In this document: positions 20,425 through 30,886 of the stretch, in pieces
Layout of the letters: the number at the start of each line of letters is the position of its first letter
How positions within the stretch are numbered: the first letter of the stretch is position 1
Origin: Gammaproteobacteria bacterium
GTDB taxonomy: Bacteria; Pseudomonadota; Gammaproteobacteria; Eutrophobiales; Eutrophobiaceae
DNA length: 64,000 nt
Direction of reading: 5' to 3'
NCBI GenBank assembly: GCA_965116495.1
Contig: OZ220696.1
Coordinates: 3,520,001 to 3,584,000, forward strand
Notes under the pieces: generated by a model
The model's database searches: none
What the model saw: only the letters and a program-made list of their open reading frames with translations
Told to the model about the DNA's origin: nothing
Position numbers and translations under genes: made by a program

Positions 20425-20655
20425 TCATATTTTTCCTATTTCTTTGGTATATTTCTGGATGCGCTTGAAGACTATTAAATTCATGTAGCTTAAAATGAAA
20501 AGGAGAAACATGCCTACCCAAAAAATCTCATTGATATTCCCTGAAAGATACAAATTCACTAATCCGCCTATGATAAGTACAAACAGCCCAACAAGCACAA
20601 AAAATAGTTTGGTTAAGAATGAAATTCTTTCTTTTAGCTCATCAAGTTTTGTCAT
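20425..20655 (-). CDS. Small AT-rich two-TM membrane protein, hypothetical
   Basis: Two hydrophobic segments; markedly AT-rich; start may be 20655 or 20670. Confidence 0.55.
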   Translation of the reverse strand: MTKLDELKERISFLTKLFFVLVGLFVLIIGGLVNLYLSGNINEIFWVGMFLLFILSYMNLIVFKRIQKYTKEIGKI

Positions 20656-20753
20656 GGGTAAATCATGCAATATATATTTTTGATATTCAAGTTGTTATAC
20701 GGGAGAATCTCAGGTACTGAAATATTATTTAATTTGGAACGGTAATCATCCTG

Positions 20754-22238
20754 ATGACATTTAAACTCCCCGACAGCACCGAACTGAAACGGCTGGCCGC
20801 TGAACTGAACCTGGCACTCGACGATAACCAGGCGGAAAAACTGCTTGACTACATGCAGCCTCTTGCCGCCGGATATGAATATATTGACCAGTGCGATAAC
20901 GAACTGCCGGAGTCGGCCTACCCGGGACGGGATTATTACTACCCGGAGGCGGAGGAAAACCCCTATGGCGCCTGGCTGGTGAAATGCCGGATCAAGGGCG
21001 CCCCGTCGGGCCCCTTGCTGGGCAAAAAGGTCGCGGTCAAGGACAATATCTTTGTCGCGGACCTGCCTCTCACGAACGGTTCGGGCGTCCTGGCCGATTT
21101 CGTTGCCGATTTCGATGCGACGGTCGTGGACAGGTTGCTCGGCGCCGGCGCCGAGATCGTCGGAAAGTCCGCCTGTGAGTACATGTGCCTGTCAGGCGGC
21201 AGCGCCACCTCAAGCGCAGGCATCGTGCAAAATCCCAGGAAACCGGGCTATTCCACCGGCGGGTCTTCCTCCGGCAGCGCGGCGCTGGTCGCCGCCGGTG
21301 AAGTGGATATTGCCCTGGGCACCGACCAGGGCGGTTCGGTACGCATACCGGCATGCTGGACCGGTGTGGTAGGGATGAAAGCAACCCGGGGCGTGGTCCC
21401 CTTCAGCGGCGGCGTGCCCATTGAGGCGTCCATAGAGTACATCGGTCCCCTGACTGACAGCGTTGCCGGTAATGCCCAGTGCCTGGAAGTCCTGGCCGCC
21501 GCCGGCGCAGGCGATTATACCGGCGCGTTGGGAAAAGACCCGGCAGGGTTGAAGATCGCCGTGGTCAGGGAAGGTTTCGGTTGGCCGTCTTCTGCGGCCG
21601 CGGTGGATCAATGCGTGAAATCCGCGGCGTCACAGTTCGCCTCGCTGGGGGCGGCGGTGGAAGAAATATCCATCCCCGAACACCTGACCGGCCCGGCAAT
21701 ATGGGGGGCCGTGGTTACGGACGGTTTCTGGCAGACCGTGAAACTGAACGGGGTGGGCTTTAACCATGGTGATGTTTATTCACCGGCATTGTACCGGGCA
21801 ATGCAGGACTGGACGGCCCGCACAGGAGATGCCCCGATCAACGCGCAACTAATCTGGCTGTTGGCCCGGCACCTGGAGAAGTACGACGGCCGCTACTACG
21901 CCAGGGCGAAGAACCTGGTGCGCAAACTGCGCGCAAGCTACGACGGGCCGTTACGGAACTATGACCTGTTGCTGATGCCCACCCTGGTATCCACGGCCGC
22001 ACCGAATCCGGAGTCACTGGAGCACGCAAGCGATGATGAGATAATGTACACCGCGTTCGGCAACACGCTGAACACCTGCCAGTTCAACGCCACCGGGCAT
22101 CCCGCCATCTCCATCCCGTGCGGCCGCATAGACGGCCTGCCGGTGGGCCTGATGCTGGTCGGTCGTTATTTTTCCGAAAAGACCATCTACCGGGCTGCCC
22201 ATGCGTTCGAACAATCGGTAGATTGGCAATCTTCGTGA
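20754..22238 (+). CDS. Amidase-signature family amidase
   Basis: AVKDN, GGSSSGSAA, GTDQGGSVRIPA. Confidence 0.93.
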   Translation: MTFKLPDSTELKRLAAELNLALDDNQAEKLLDYMQPLAAGYEYIDQCDNELPESAYPGRDYYYPEAEENPYGAWLVKCRIKGAPSGPLLGKKVAVKDNIFVADLPLTNGSGVLADFVADFDATVVDRLLGAGAEIVGKSACEYMCLSGGSATSSAGIVQNPRKPGYSTGGSSSGSAALVAAGEVDIALGTDQGGSVRIPACWTGVVGMKATRGVVPFSGGVPIEASIEYIGPLTDSVAGNAQCLEVLAAAGAGDYTGALGKDPAGLKIAVVREGFGWPSSAAAVDQCVKSAASQFASLGAAVEEISIPEHLTGPAIWGAVVTDGFWQTVKLNGVGFNHGDVYSPALYRAMQDWTARTGDAPINAQLIWLLARHLEKYDGRYYARAKNLVRKLRASYDGPLRNYDLLLMPTLVSTAAPNPESLEHASDDEIMYTAFGNTLNTCQFNATGHPAISIPCGRIDGLPVGLMLVGRYFSEKTIYRAAHAFEQSVDWQSS

Positions 22239-22515
22239 TATTTTTGTTGAAGGATATTATGCCGGAGCAGCATCATGGCTGATACCCTGTTTGAGACGGT
22301 CTTCAGGTTGATTCATACTTCTGCTTGTCTCTATGGTTGAACAACGATGCCATCCTGCACGGCTGTAGGCTTACAGCATCTTGCCACATGGCGGGCATCG
22401 GGTAATTGAGGATTAGTAATTGAAGCTATGGTGGTGAAACGTTGTTTCAAGGATTCAATCGCATGCATCGGGCCCTCGTCCTAAGTCTGAAGGAATATTA
22501 CTTTCCATTGTTAGT

Positions 22516-22551
22516 GGAAAAACCGCCTCTAGGGCGGTTTTTCCGCCCCAA
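22516..22551. repeat. Terminator-like hairpin, left copy of the direct repeat bounding the island
   Basis: ggaaaaaccgcctctagggcggtttttccgccccaa; similar to 31721-31756. Confidence 0.75.
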
Positions 22552-22602
22552 GCCAATATTTGCAATAACCTGGCAAGGGGTGAGTTGTACGCAAGTTATC
22601 AA

Positions 22603-22626
22603 ATATTGACGCGAACTTGTCAATAT
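22603..22626. promoter_or_regulatory. Inverted repeat overlapping a TTGAC -35-like element upstream of the islet operon
   Basis: atattgac-gcgaactt-gtcaatat (8-bp perfect arms, 8-bp spacer). Confidence 0.4.
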
Positions 22627-22693
22627 CAAGTATCAATGTTCAGTTATATTTGTTGACGGCGAAGACGACGGTCACTTCGAACCTGAAATACTA

Positions 22694-25600
22694 TTGTCGT
22701 TTTCTACCCATCAATTATACTCACTATATTCTTCAATATCAGAGTTTAAGAACCTGTCTGGTTTTCAGGTACCAATTCATTTTGCTAGCCCAGAGAACAT
22801 GAAAAAACATCGAATCGGCAAAGGTCTTCCTCGTTGTATAGGAAGTGATAAAAATGGCTTCGAGAGACTATGTAATACGCTTGGGCTAATCGATCGGCAG
22901 CATCGTAAAGTTCTACTGAAAAATGACTTTGTAAAAGAGAAAACAAGTACCCTTCGCAAATCCTTATCTCGTACTCGGCCCGGACCGGGTATGCGGGACC
23001 GAGAACTGTTATTCGAGCTTTATAGCGACCCAAACTCCCGTCTTGAACTCTGGTGCGAATCATTCAATGAAATTAAAACTGGTGAAGAAGAAAACCATTT
23101 AGAGACAGTCTTAGTTCCATCACTGGAATATTGCATTCTTACCAATCATATTCAAAATTTCTCTACGGAAAACAGTACCTCCGACATCAGTGAAGTTTTT
23201 GCTGAGTGGCCGGAGATTGTTCAGTGTTTGAAAGATGAGATTCCATGGGCCAATTTAGCAGGATATGTGTGGTCGGAAATCAAGAAGGATCTTGATAACT
23301 GGGACAACCTAACTGACGATGAACGCACACAAACCACACTGGTCACGTTTGCCGTGGCAACTATCGTCGATGATGATCGAATACTCAGCACCGCCATCCA
23401 GAAAGTCCCACAACTGGAAAATGAATTTAGTAGCCTGCTTAACGGCGGTAGTGACACAGAAAGAGTTGATGACCCAATCGAAGAAAAGGATATCGTGTTT
23501 CAGTGGAATGAGTTCTGTGGGACGTTAGGGATGTTAGCAGCAGAGGCGGTCGGCTCTCCCCCTAAGGTGGATGCTCTAGCCCAAATCAAGCTCACTGTAG
23601 GGGAACTAGATAAAATCGAGCAGTCTGTGAGAGCTCACCTTGTTACCATTTCATCAGAACGCCTGATCTCACGTGTAGAGGAACTCATTAATGAACTTAC
23701 TATAGAAGAGGCATTCTCATGGCTTGATGATACGGTCAGTAAGCAATTGAAAACTAGATGGCTAGAAGTAGGACAGTCATTGTCTCCCGATCAGATAAAA
23801 GAAGAGTTCAAGCGGCTGGAGGAAGAAGTTCCGAACGCATCTGAACATGTGCAGAACCTTGCGACTACCTTATCGGAAGTCACACAAAAACTTGATAATC
23901 TCCGCACAGAAGAACCAACTAACTTTAAAATACGTTGCCTCTGGGAGGAGAAACTTAATGAGCAGGAGGAGAAACTCCCCGATTTAAGGCGCGAACAGAG
24001 TAAGGCACGGGTCGAATTACTCAGCAAGCTTTCCCCATTAGGGGAAACCTTCAAGCTTAGCCAAGATGGGATTGAATCCCGTCCAAGCGGAGATACACCA
24101 GTTCCTGTTGAGGAAGATCCTTTCTCTGAGAAGTCAGATATAGATGAAAAGCGCCATGCCGAGCAAACAGAGGAAATCGAAATAGAAGATGTTTCTGTTA
24201 AGGATCTTGATGATGTTGATCCTGTTGACCAACCACAAAATATTGAGGAAACGCATAGCGAACAAAATATTGAAAATGATTCCGAACCGCAGAAACCTTT
24301 AACTATTACATCAACCCAAAGGGTTGATATTGGAAAACCAAAAAGTGGTTCAGTAGCGGATACACGCTTAGATCTTGCACGGACACGAGTGATTGATGCA
24401 TTGCTTGAATCACCGCCTCGCTTTGCCTACGTGGTACAAGTTTGCCGTCTGATTAACCGCTTTAGTCTTGATACTGATCTGCCACCAGTCAAACTTTTTG
24501 AGGCCATGTTGTTATCTGATCGTCTTCAGTTGCCTGATGCAAATGTGGCTTTTGAATTGAAGCAAGTTCTTGAGCAAGTTCTTGAGCAATTCTCTTCACC
24601 AGAAAAAATCACGGATGGTTCAAACCGTGACCTGCATGTAATGTTGGTGCTTGCAGGCACCTTGCGTCCAGCATTACTCGCGCCACAATCCGGTGCGTTA
24701 GTGTTCTTGACTGCGTTAAAGCCGAGTGAACGTTTAGGTACCGTATATCAACTTGCCAATGTGATTATCGAAGGGAGTGAAAAGCTCCAAGGGGTACGGG
24801 TCGATTCCTCCATTTTGAGAGGTGCTGATTCTAAAGCCGTTTGGGAAACTAAACGTGAACAACTCGTGTCGGATGTAGTCGAATGGAAAAAACAGGCACC
24901 GTACAGGACAATTAAGTATGCCCCTGCCACTAAGGTATGGCAGAAGTGGCTGAAGACAGACGGCTACATACATCAGTTGTTATCACCTATTGCCCCTGGC
25001 AGTAATGGTAATAGCACAACAATTAAGGAGATATTAACAAAATTAGGAGATAGAAAGTCGTTCGAGGAATTAGTCAAAAATACTGATCGATCAGAACTCG
25101 GACGTCGGAGGGGTGAGAACATCCACTCGAAAGCATTAAACCAACTCTATGCATTGACAAGGGAAGCCGTAGATCTTGCTCGTCGCCACCTCAGCTTGAA
25201 TAGTTCCATACCTGCTCAGTCAGATTTCCTGACCAACACGCTAGCAGATATACGTGATAGCTTTGAAAACTTGGCACCAATCGCACTCCAAGAGTTAGAC
25301 AGTTTTATGGGTGAAGAAAAATCACTACTCTCCGGGGCTGCGAATTCTGCCATCTACGCGCTCAAGCGGTTTCGTGAGATATTAACGACTGGATATACGG
25401 GGGGTGACCAAGAACCTGATCCCAAGGAACTTATTGGTTCCGGACTTTTCGGTTTTTCATCTATCCATATCGATGACAATGGTATGCCAGAAGGTGACCC
25501 TGAGCAGGCACTCAATGCCCTCTTGTCTACCGACAAGCCAGAAGAATATGAATCGGCGCTCGAACGATATTTGACAGTGGGTGATCTGAAGACAGCAAAG

Positions 25601-28600
25601 CGGGTCGCAAACTGGATTGAATACGAAGATCTTAATGATACAGGGGATATCCAAAATCGACTGGACGAAGTATTAGCTTCGGAAACCCAAAAATTGTACT
25701 TGCTCATAAATGAGACGAGGAAGGAGGTCGAGGTTGGACTTGGTCGTGGCACCATATCTGATGCGGAAAGAGATACATTTGATGCAGACTTAGTTCAATT
25801 AGAACTTCTTCTTGAAGAAGCGAGGGTACTACGTTTTGATCTTGAGAGGGATAAGCTGGAACATATAGTTGAAACTATCAAGAACAGCCGCGATTCAAAA
25901 ACGGAGAAGTTGAAAGTGTCGCTTGATGATCTCTCTCTTTCCTCTGAAAGCACGGAACATAAGCAGATTACACAATCAATTGAACAGGGTGATCTTGTAA
26001 CTGCGAATGAACTCATAGATCGGGTTCGCGACAACACATCCTATTCGGTCGAAACTGAACCGGGTAATCAAAGGCAAGTATTCCGGGAGTTTTATCCCAT
26101 CCGGTCAGATGAGATAGATAAAGAACTTGAGGTATTACGAAACAGCAAAGAAATTGTAGAGAAAATCAGAAAAAGTAGCGAGTTTGGAGGAATGGCACTC
26201 GGCGAAATCCCTGGTGCGCAGCGGGATTCTGCAAAGCAGATGCTTGAAGCATGGTATAGCCTGAAACGCGCAAATCGACTCGATGAAAAAGATAAGGCAA
26301 GTATAACTACGCTATTTTCGGGACTAGGGTTCATCGTACAAAAGGTGGCTATAAATCGATCAGGGCGGAATTTTGCGGAAGCTTTGATTAAAACAGATCC
26401 TTTACAAGCGCGAGAACGGTGCCCTATTCCTGCATTTGGATCATTTACTAAGGGTCAATATCGTCTCGTGTTTCTCTGGGGGCGACCCACCGAGGAGGAT
26501 ATTATCCAGCACGCTGATGAGCGTAGCGTAACGCAAGCCACAATTGTTCTCTACCTGGGACGACTCAGTAATGCTAGACGAGAGGGATTATCACGTATTT
26601 CTCGCGAGCGATCTCGGACCTTACTTATCCTAGATGAACTTTTGCTGGTTTTTCTCTGTGGTGAACGCGACTCGCGGACATTCAATCTCTTCTCATGTGC
26701 TATACCGTTCACTTATGTACAGCCATACGTGACGATCGCCGGTTCAGTCCCTCCAGAAATGTTTTATGGGCGTGAGCAAGAAATGCAAGAGATTGTAAAT
26801 CCACATGGTTCCGTCTTCATTTTTGGAGGCCGACAACTTGGGAAGACGGCGCTCCTTCGAGCAGTTGAGAGGATGTCGCATCGGCCGAAAGACGGTAGTT
26901 TTGCCGTTTTTATAGACCTCAAGGGTGCAGGGGTTGGTTATGATAGAGACGCGGCAGAAATATGGCTTGTAATCTGGCGCAGACTACGGGAACTTTCAGC
27001 CATACCTGATGAAATCAAGGAACCTAATAATAAGGGGAGAGGACGTATAGACGATTTCATGGATCGCTTATGTACCCGTTTCAGTGAGTCATCAGGACGT
27101 TCACTTTTTATTTTATTGGATGAGGCTGATAAGTTCCTGGAAGTGGATGCACGAGATTCAGGTATTTCAACGAAGGGATTTCGCGAGTCATCCAGGCTCA
27201 AAGCACTAATGGACAGAACCGGACGTTCTATCAAAGTTGTATTTGCAGGACTTCACAATGTGTTACGCACTGTTAAAGGGGCAAATCATCCGTTAGGTCA
27301 CTTCGGGGAGCCTATCGAGGTTGGTCCACTGCTTTCAGGTACTGGCTGGCAAAACGCAGAGGAGTTAATTCGCCAACCGCTCCTTGTGTCTGGATATCGA
27401 TTCAAGGACGATAGCCTCGTAACTCGCATTCTGGCCCAGACGAATTATTACCCAAGTCTCATCCAACTGTATGGTTCAGCGCTAATAAAGGAGATGCGGT
27501 CCCGGCAAATAACCGGCGCTCCACTCTACATCATAGATGACAAAATACTTGCTCAAACTTATCAGAATACAAATCTTCGAGAGATGATTCGTTCGAGGTT
27601 TCATCTAACCTTACAACTCGACCCGCGCTATGAGGTTATTGCGTATTCTATCGCAAATGATTGTATTGAACAGGAAGCTTTACTGGGCAAAGGAATCGAT
27701 CATCGACGGATTGATGAGGCTGTAAGAGACTGGTGGCCGGAAGGCTTTAAGGATATTGAGCCTCATACTGACGGGTTAAGAGCGCTTCTGGAGGAGATGG
27801 CAGGGCTCGGTGTGCTAAGGGTCGTCGATGAACAAGATGGTCGATATACTCTGCGTAATCCAAATGTCTTGCTGTTGATGGGGACAAAAAATGAAATCGC
27901 CGAAAACCTTCTCAGGAATCGTGAACCACCGCAGGAGTTCGAGCGCGAATATTTCAGGGCACGTGATCCACAGGAACCTGACGGTCCTTCTCGGAGTCCT
28001 CTTACGTTTCAACAGGAAGATATTTTACGTGCTGAGCGGAATGGTATTTCTCTTATCTGTGGTCTTCCGGCTTCCGGATTTGACTATGTTATACCGTTCC
28101 TCAGATCCCGTGGAGATAATGATTCCGTTATTGAGTTCAATGACTTAATTGACCAACGTGAATTTGAAAAAGAGGTGAGACGTCTGCATTCCAAACGACC
28201 TGACGGTACAACTATCTGTGTGATTTCCCATGAGGTGCCGTGGAGTGAAAGATGGGTTCAAGCTGCTTTGGATCAGGTTGACAGACTAAGCGCAAAGGGC
28301 CGGTATCTCCAGATAGTATTTATGACTGATCCGCAACACCTGTGGACACTTCAATCCGAACTCAAAAAGCTCAACCAGGCGGGGCTTCGGTGGAACTCAT
28401 TACGACCGTGGCGAGAAGGCTTCCTTCGCCAATGGATGGATGATGTCGGATTTAGCAATGACCCAACCATTCGCGAACAGATCATCGAGAAAACAGGTGG
28501 ATGGAAGACACTCCTCGAACGACTTTATTTTTTGAGCCAGGAAACTGGTAATTTGGAAAACAGCCTCAAAACACTGGAAAATGAATTCACGAATGGGGAT

Positions 28601-28873
28601 GATTCTATACTTCGCAAAAACTTTGCTCTTGATGTTCCCGGAGCAAATAAGGCGCTGCAGTGTCTTAATGATGTCGGTGGTAAAAATGAAACTACGACAG
28701 AGGAAATCATGAATTTCCTTGATAACTTCCCTGATGACTATGGCATAGATGGTGTCACACTAAAACGAACCCTTGAGTGGGCTGAGTTGCTTCATCTAGT
28801 ACGTAGGGCAGGCCATAACGCTTGGCGGTTGGACTCAATCGCGGCACATGCGATCTCTTCGATCGGACGTTGA
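22694..28873 (+). CDS. Giant (~2,060 aa) STAND-like/AAA P-loop ATPase
   Basis: PYV..GSVPPEMFYGRE, Walker A GGRQLGKT (26825-26848), Walker B LFILLDEAD, YYPSLIQL, wHTH-like LEEMAGLGVL; start may be ATG 22799. Confidence 0.8.
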   Translation: MSFSTHQLYSLYSSISEFKNLSGFQVPIHFASPENMKKHRIGKGLPRCIGSDKNGFERLCNTLGLIDRQHRKVLLKNDFVKEKTSTLRKSLSRTRPGPGMRDRELLFELYSDPNSRLELWCESFNEIKTGEEENHLETVLVPSLEYCILTNHIQNFSTENSTSDISEVFAEWPEIVQCLKDEIPWANLAGYVWSEIKKDLDNWDNLTDDERTQTTLVTFAVATIVDDDRILSTAIQKVPQLENEFSSLLNGGSDTERVDDPIEEKDIVFQWNEFCGTLGMLAAEAVGSPPKVDALAQIKLTVGELDKIEQSVRAHLVTISSERLISRVEELINELTIEEAFSWLDDTVSKQLKTRWLEVGQSLSPDQIKEEFKRLEEEVPNASEHVQNLATTLSEVTQKLDNLRTEEPTNFKIRCLWEEKLNEQEEKLPDLRREQSKARVELLSKLSPLGETFKLSQDGIESRPSGDTPVPVEEDPFSEKSDIDEKRHAEQTEEIEIEDVSVKDLDDVDPVDQPQNIEETHSEQNIENDSEPQKPLTITSTQRVDIGKPKSGSVADTRLDLARTRVIDALLESPPRFAYVVQVCRLINRFSLDTDLPPVKLFEAMLLSDRLQLPDANVAFELKQVLEQVLEQFSSPEKITDGSNRDLHVMLVLAGTLRPALLAPQSGALVFLTALKPSERLGTVYQLANVIIEGSEKLQGVRVDSSILRGADSKAVWETKREQLVSDVVEWKKQAPYRTIKYAPATKVWQKWLKTDGYIHQLLSPIAPGSNGNSTTIKEILTKLGDRKSFEELVKNTDRSELGRRRGENIHSKALNQLYALTREAVDLARRHLSLNSSIPAQSDFLTNTLADIRDSFENLAPIALQELDSFMGEEKSLLSGAANSAIYALKRFREILTTGYTGGDQEPDPKELIGSGLFGFSSIHIDDNGMPEGDPEQALNALLSTDKPEEYESALERYLTVGDLKTAKRVANWIEYEDLNDTGDIQNRLDEVLASETQKLYLLINETRKEVEVGLGRGTISDAERDTFDADLVQLELLLEEARVLRFDLERDKLEHIVETIKNSRDSKTEKLKVSLDDLSLSSESTEHKQITQSIEQGDLVTANELIDRVRDNTSYSVETEPGNQRQVFREFYPIRSDEIDKELEVLRNSKEIVEKIRKSSEFGGMALGEIPGAQRDSAKQMLEAWYSLKRANRLDEKDKASITTLFSGLGFIVQKVAINRSGRNFAEALIKTDPLQARERCPIPAFGSFTKGQYRLVFLWGRPTEEDIIQHADERSVTQATIVLYLGRLSNARREGLSRISRERSRTLLILDELLLVFLCGERDSRTFNLFSCAIPFTYVQPYVTIAGSVPPEMFYGREQEMQEIVNPHGSVFIFGGRQLGKTALLRAVERMSHRPKDGSFAVFIDLKGAGVGYDRDAAEIWLVIWRRLRELSAIPDEIKEPNNKGRGRIDDFMDRLCTRFSESSGRSLFILLDEADKFLEVDARDSGISTKGFRESSRLKALMDRTGRSIKVVFAGLHNVLRTVKGANHPLGHFGEPIEVGPLLSGTGWQNAEELIRQPLLVSGYRFKDDSLVTRILAQTNYYPSLIQLYGSALIKEMRSRQITGAPLYIIDDKILAQTYQNTNLREMIRSRFHLTLQLDPRYEVIAYSIANDCIEQEALLGKGIDHRRIDEAVRDWWPEGFKDIEPHTDGLRALLEEMAGLGVLRVVDEQDGRYTLRNPNVLLLMGTKNEIAENLLRNREPPQEFEREYFRARDPQEPDGPSRSPLTFQQEDILRAERNGISLICGLPASGFDYVIPFLRSRGDNDSVIEFNDLIDQREFEKEVRRLHSKRPDGTTICVISHEVPWSERWVQAALDQVDRLSAKGRYLQIVFMTDPQHLWTLQSELKKLNQAGLRWNSLRPWREGFLRQWMDDVGFSNDPTIREQIIEKTGGWKTLLERLYFLSQETGNLENSLKTLENEFTNGDDSILRKNFALDVPGANKALQCLNDVGGKNETTTEEIMNFLDNFPDDYGIDGVTLKRTLEWAELLHLVRRAGHNAWRLDSIAAHAISSIGR

Positions 28874-28876
28874 TGT

Positions 28877-29977
28877 GTGGATATCTGGAGTCTCCCAGGC
28901 CCGTCCTCGTTCGTTGATAATATCGAGAATGCGGTTCGGGATGGATCAAATGTAATTGTCAGGTTTCCAATAGATATCCCTGGTGGATTGAAGCGCGAAC
29001 TAAGAGAGCGGTTACACTCGCTATTTATCTGGAATTACATTGATGCATCGGATTCCAGCTTGAATCCACTTGCATTTCTGCACCAGCAAATTTCTCCAGA
29101 TGTCAGTGCGTTTAAGATAAGTAGCATTGCAGAGTTAGCAGATAATACTTCATTTCAGGGAAGGCTCATTTGGGTAGAGAACATCGATAATGAAATGTGG
29201 CCTGAATGGTCAACGTTTCTAAGAGCTTACTCGGATGCATGTCGGAATGTGGACCTTATGAACCGTACAGTATTCATTGTTCTATTATCCAAAGGAGCTA
29301 TTGCGGGCAAGATAACAAAAGAAGTAGCTCTCGTATCCTATGACTTCAGAGGAGTCGTGGATATGTTGGATCTATTTGTGTTAGCCTTACGGGAAGCTCC
29401 GGTAAGTAATAAACCCCGCGAATATCGTGCACTATTGGCACATATGGTTGCTCAGGTTGCACAGTGGGACATCTCTCTAGCTGGTCAGCTTTTAGCATTG
29501 CCACTCGAAGAAGTGCTCAGTCCCGATAATATCCTCCGGCAATATGCTTTAGATCGCGGTTGGACATCCGAAACACTTAATTGTTGGGAGAATGGAACGC
29601 AGGATGGCATGCCAGAAAAACCTGTCGTGCATTCTGCTTTATTGGAAGTGTGCGGAGAATCGCGAACAGTGCGCCAAAGAATTTGGGCAGCTCAGGCGGC
29701 GGTGCTGCTGCCTCTCATAGAAGAGCAGCGCATCAGCCTTATATCCCAAAATAGTCGGTATCTGAATCTACCTATTAAAACTGAAGATGGGCGGCAAATC
29801 GACGATCCACTCGATTTAGATGTTGGTCAATTAGCGTGGCATCTGGACCGGAGAGACAAACCTAAAGTGTTGAGGAAAAAAATCCGGAGTCTTCGCTTGG
29901 TCCGTAACAAACTGGCACACATGGAACCACTTAAACCAAACGAAGTTCTGAGAGTGATGTTATTCGCCAACTCGTGA
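28877..29977 (+). CDS. Hypothetical protein with C-terminal HEPN-like RNKLAH motif
   Basis: GTG start 3 nt after the upstream stop; LDVGQLAWHL...LVRNKLAH near the C-terminus. Confidence 0.6.
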   Translation: MDIWSLPGPSSFVDNIENAVRDGSNVIVRFPIDIPGGLKRELRERLHSLFIWNYIDASDSSLNPLAFLHQQISPDVSAFKISSIAELADNTSFQGRLIWVENIDNEMWPEWSTFLRAYSDACRNVDLMNRTVFIVLLSKGAIAGKITKEVALVSYDFRGVVDMLDLFVLALREAPVSNKPREYRALLAHMVAQVAQWDISLAGQLLALPLEEVLSPDNILRQYALDRGWTSETLNCWENGTQDGMPEKPVVHSALLEVCGESRTVRQRIWAAQAAVLLPLIEEQRISLISQNSRYLNLPIKTEDGRQIDDPLDLDVGQLAWHLDRRDKPKVLRKKIRSLRLVRNKLAHMEPLKPNEVLRVMLFANS

Positions 29978-29995
29978 ATCTTCTCTTTTCCCTCA

Positions 29996-30886
29996 ATGCC
30001 TGTCCTATACCCAATTGTTAAAGTAAGTCCGGAATGGCTTCGTGACCCCGAGGATATGGGAAGCAAGAAAAAGTTCTGGTATCTGGTTCCTAGGAGACAG
30101 AGAAGATATTGGCTTTTCAAATATCCACAGGCAGGTACTGGGCAACACTGGGCAGAGAAGATTGCCGCCGAGGTTGCGAGGTTACTGAATATTCAGTGTG
30201 CGAAAGTGGAATTGGCGGTTTTTGGAAGTGAGCAAGGATCGGTGACGGAAGCATTTACACATGGTAAGCGGGAATTAATTCATGGCAATCAGATTTTGGT
30301 AAGGGCTGTTTACGGCTACGATCCCGAGAGAAAATTCCATCAGTCAAGTCATAGTCTGGCGAATATCTGGCAGGCAATAGACAGAGTTTTTACAGAGAAC
30401 ACAGGTGCAAATCGGGCGAAACTCCGTCTTGCAGAGTACTTGGTTCTAGATGCATTGATTGGCAACACGGATCGCCATCACGAGAATTGGGGGATACTTC
30501 GAAAGCGCGTAGGTGACCGTTGGAAAGGGTCGGTGGCTCCATCATTCGATCATGCTTCCTCTTTGGGCCGGGAACTTCGGGATGTGAGACGTGAAAGGCT
30601 GTTAGCTGAGAATCGTGTAGGCGAATATGTCGAAAAGGGACGCGGCGCGATTTACTGGTCGGAAGATGACCTGCACGGTCCAAGCCCGCTGGAATTGGTA
30701 CGGCGGGCAGTCATTTCGTATCCAGACCTATTCCTTCCGGTTGGAAAGAAGCTGGAAAAGCTGGACGGGAAAGCTATGGAAGATATCGTGAACCACATAC
30801 CTGATGGTTGGATATCATCTTTCGCCAGAAAGTTTGCTGTTGCGCTACTGTGTTATAATTTTAAACAATTACAGGAACTATTCTGA
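29996..30886 (+). CDS. HipA/CtkA-like Ser/Thr kinase
   Basis: GSKKKFW, WLFKYP, WAEKIAAE, catalytic DALIGNTDRHHENWG, APSFDHASSLG. Confidence 0.88.
   Translation: MPVLYPIVKVSPEWLRDPEDMGSKKKFWYLVPRRQRRYWLFKYPQAGTGQHWAEKIAAEVARLLNIQCAKVELAVFGSEQGSVTEAFTHGKRELIHGNQILVRAVYGYDPERKFHQSSHSLANIWQAIDRVFTENTGANRAKLRLAEYLVLDALIGNTDRHHENWGILRKRVGDRWKGSVAPSFDHASSLGRELRDVRRERLLAENRVGEYVEKGRGAIYWSEDDLHGPSPLELVRRAVISYPDLFLPVGKKLEKLDGKAMEDIVNHIPDGWISSFARKFAVALLCYNFKQLQELF

Noticed and set aside
22240-22515. Possible gene remnant or ncRNA left of the islet
   Set aside because: Only short ORFs without recognisable motifs; no tRNA-like structure seen
24560-24590. 12-bp tandem duplication (QVLEQVLEQ) in the giant ATPase
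   Set aside because: A single in-frame microduplication with no sign of function
22694-28873. Assignment to Druantia DruE or a classical Avs protein
   Set aside because: No DEAD/DEAH helicase motifs, and no evident N-terminal nuclease or C-terminal TPR array; size alone is insufficient
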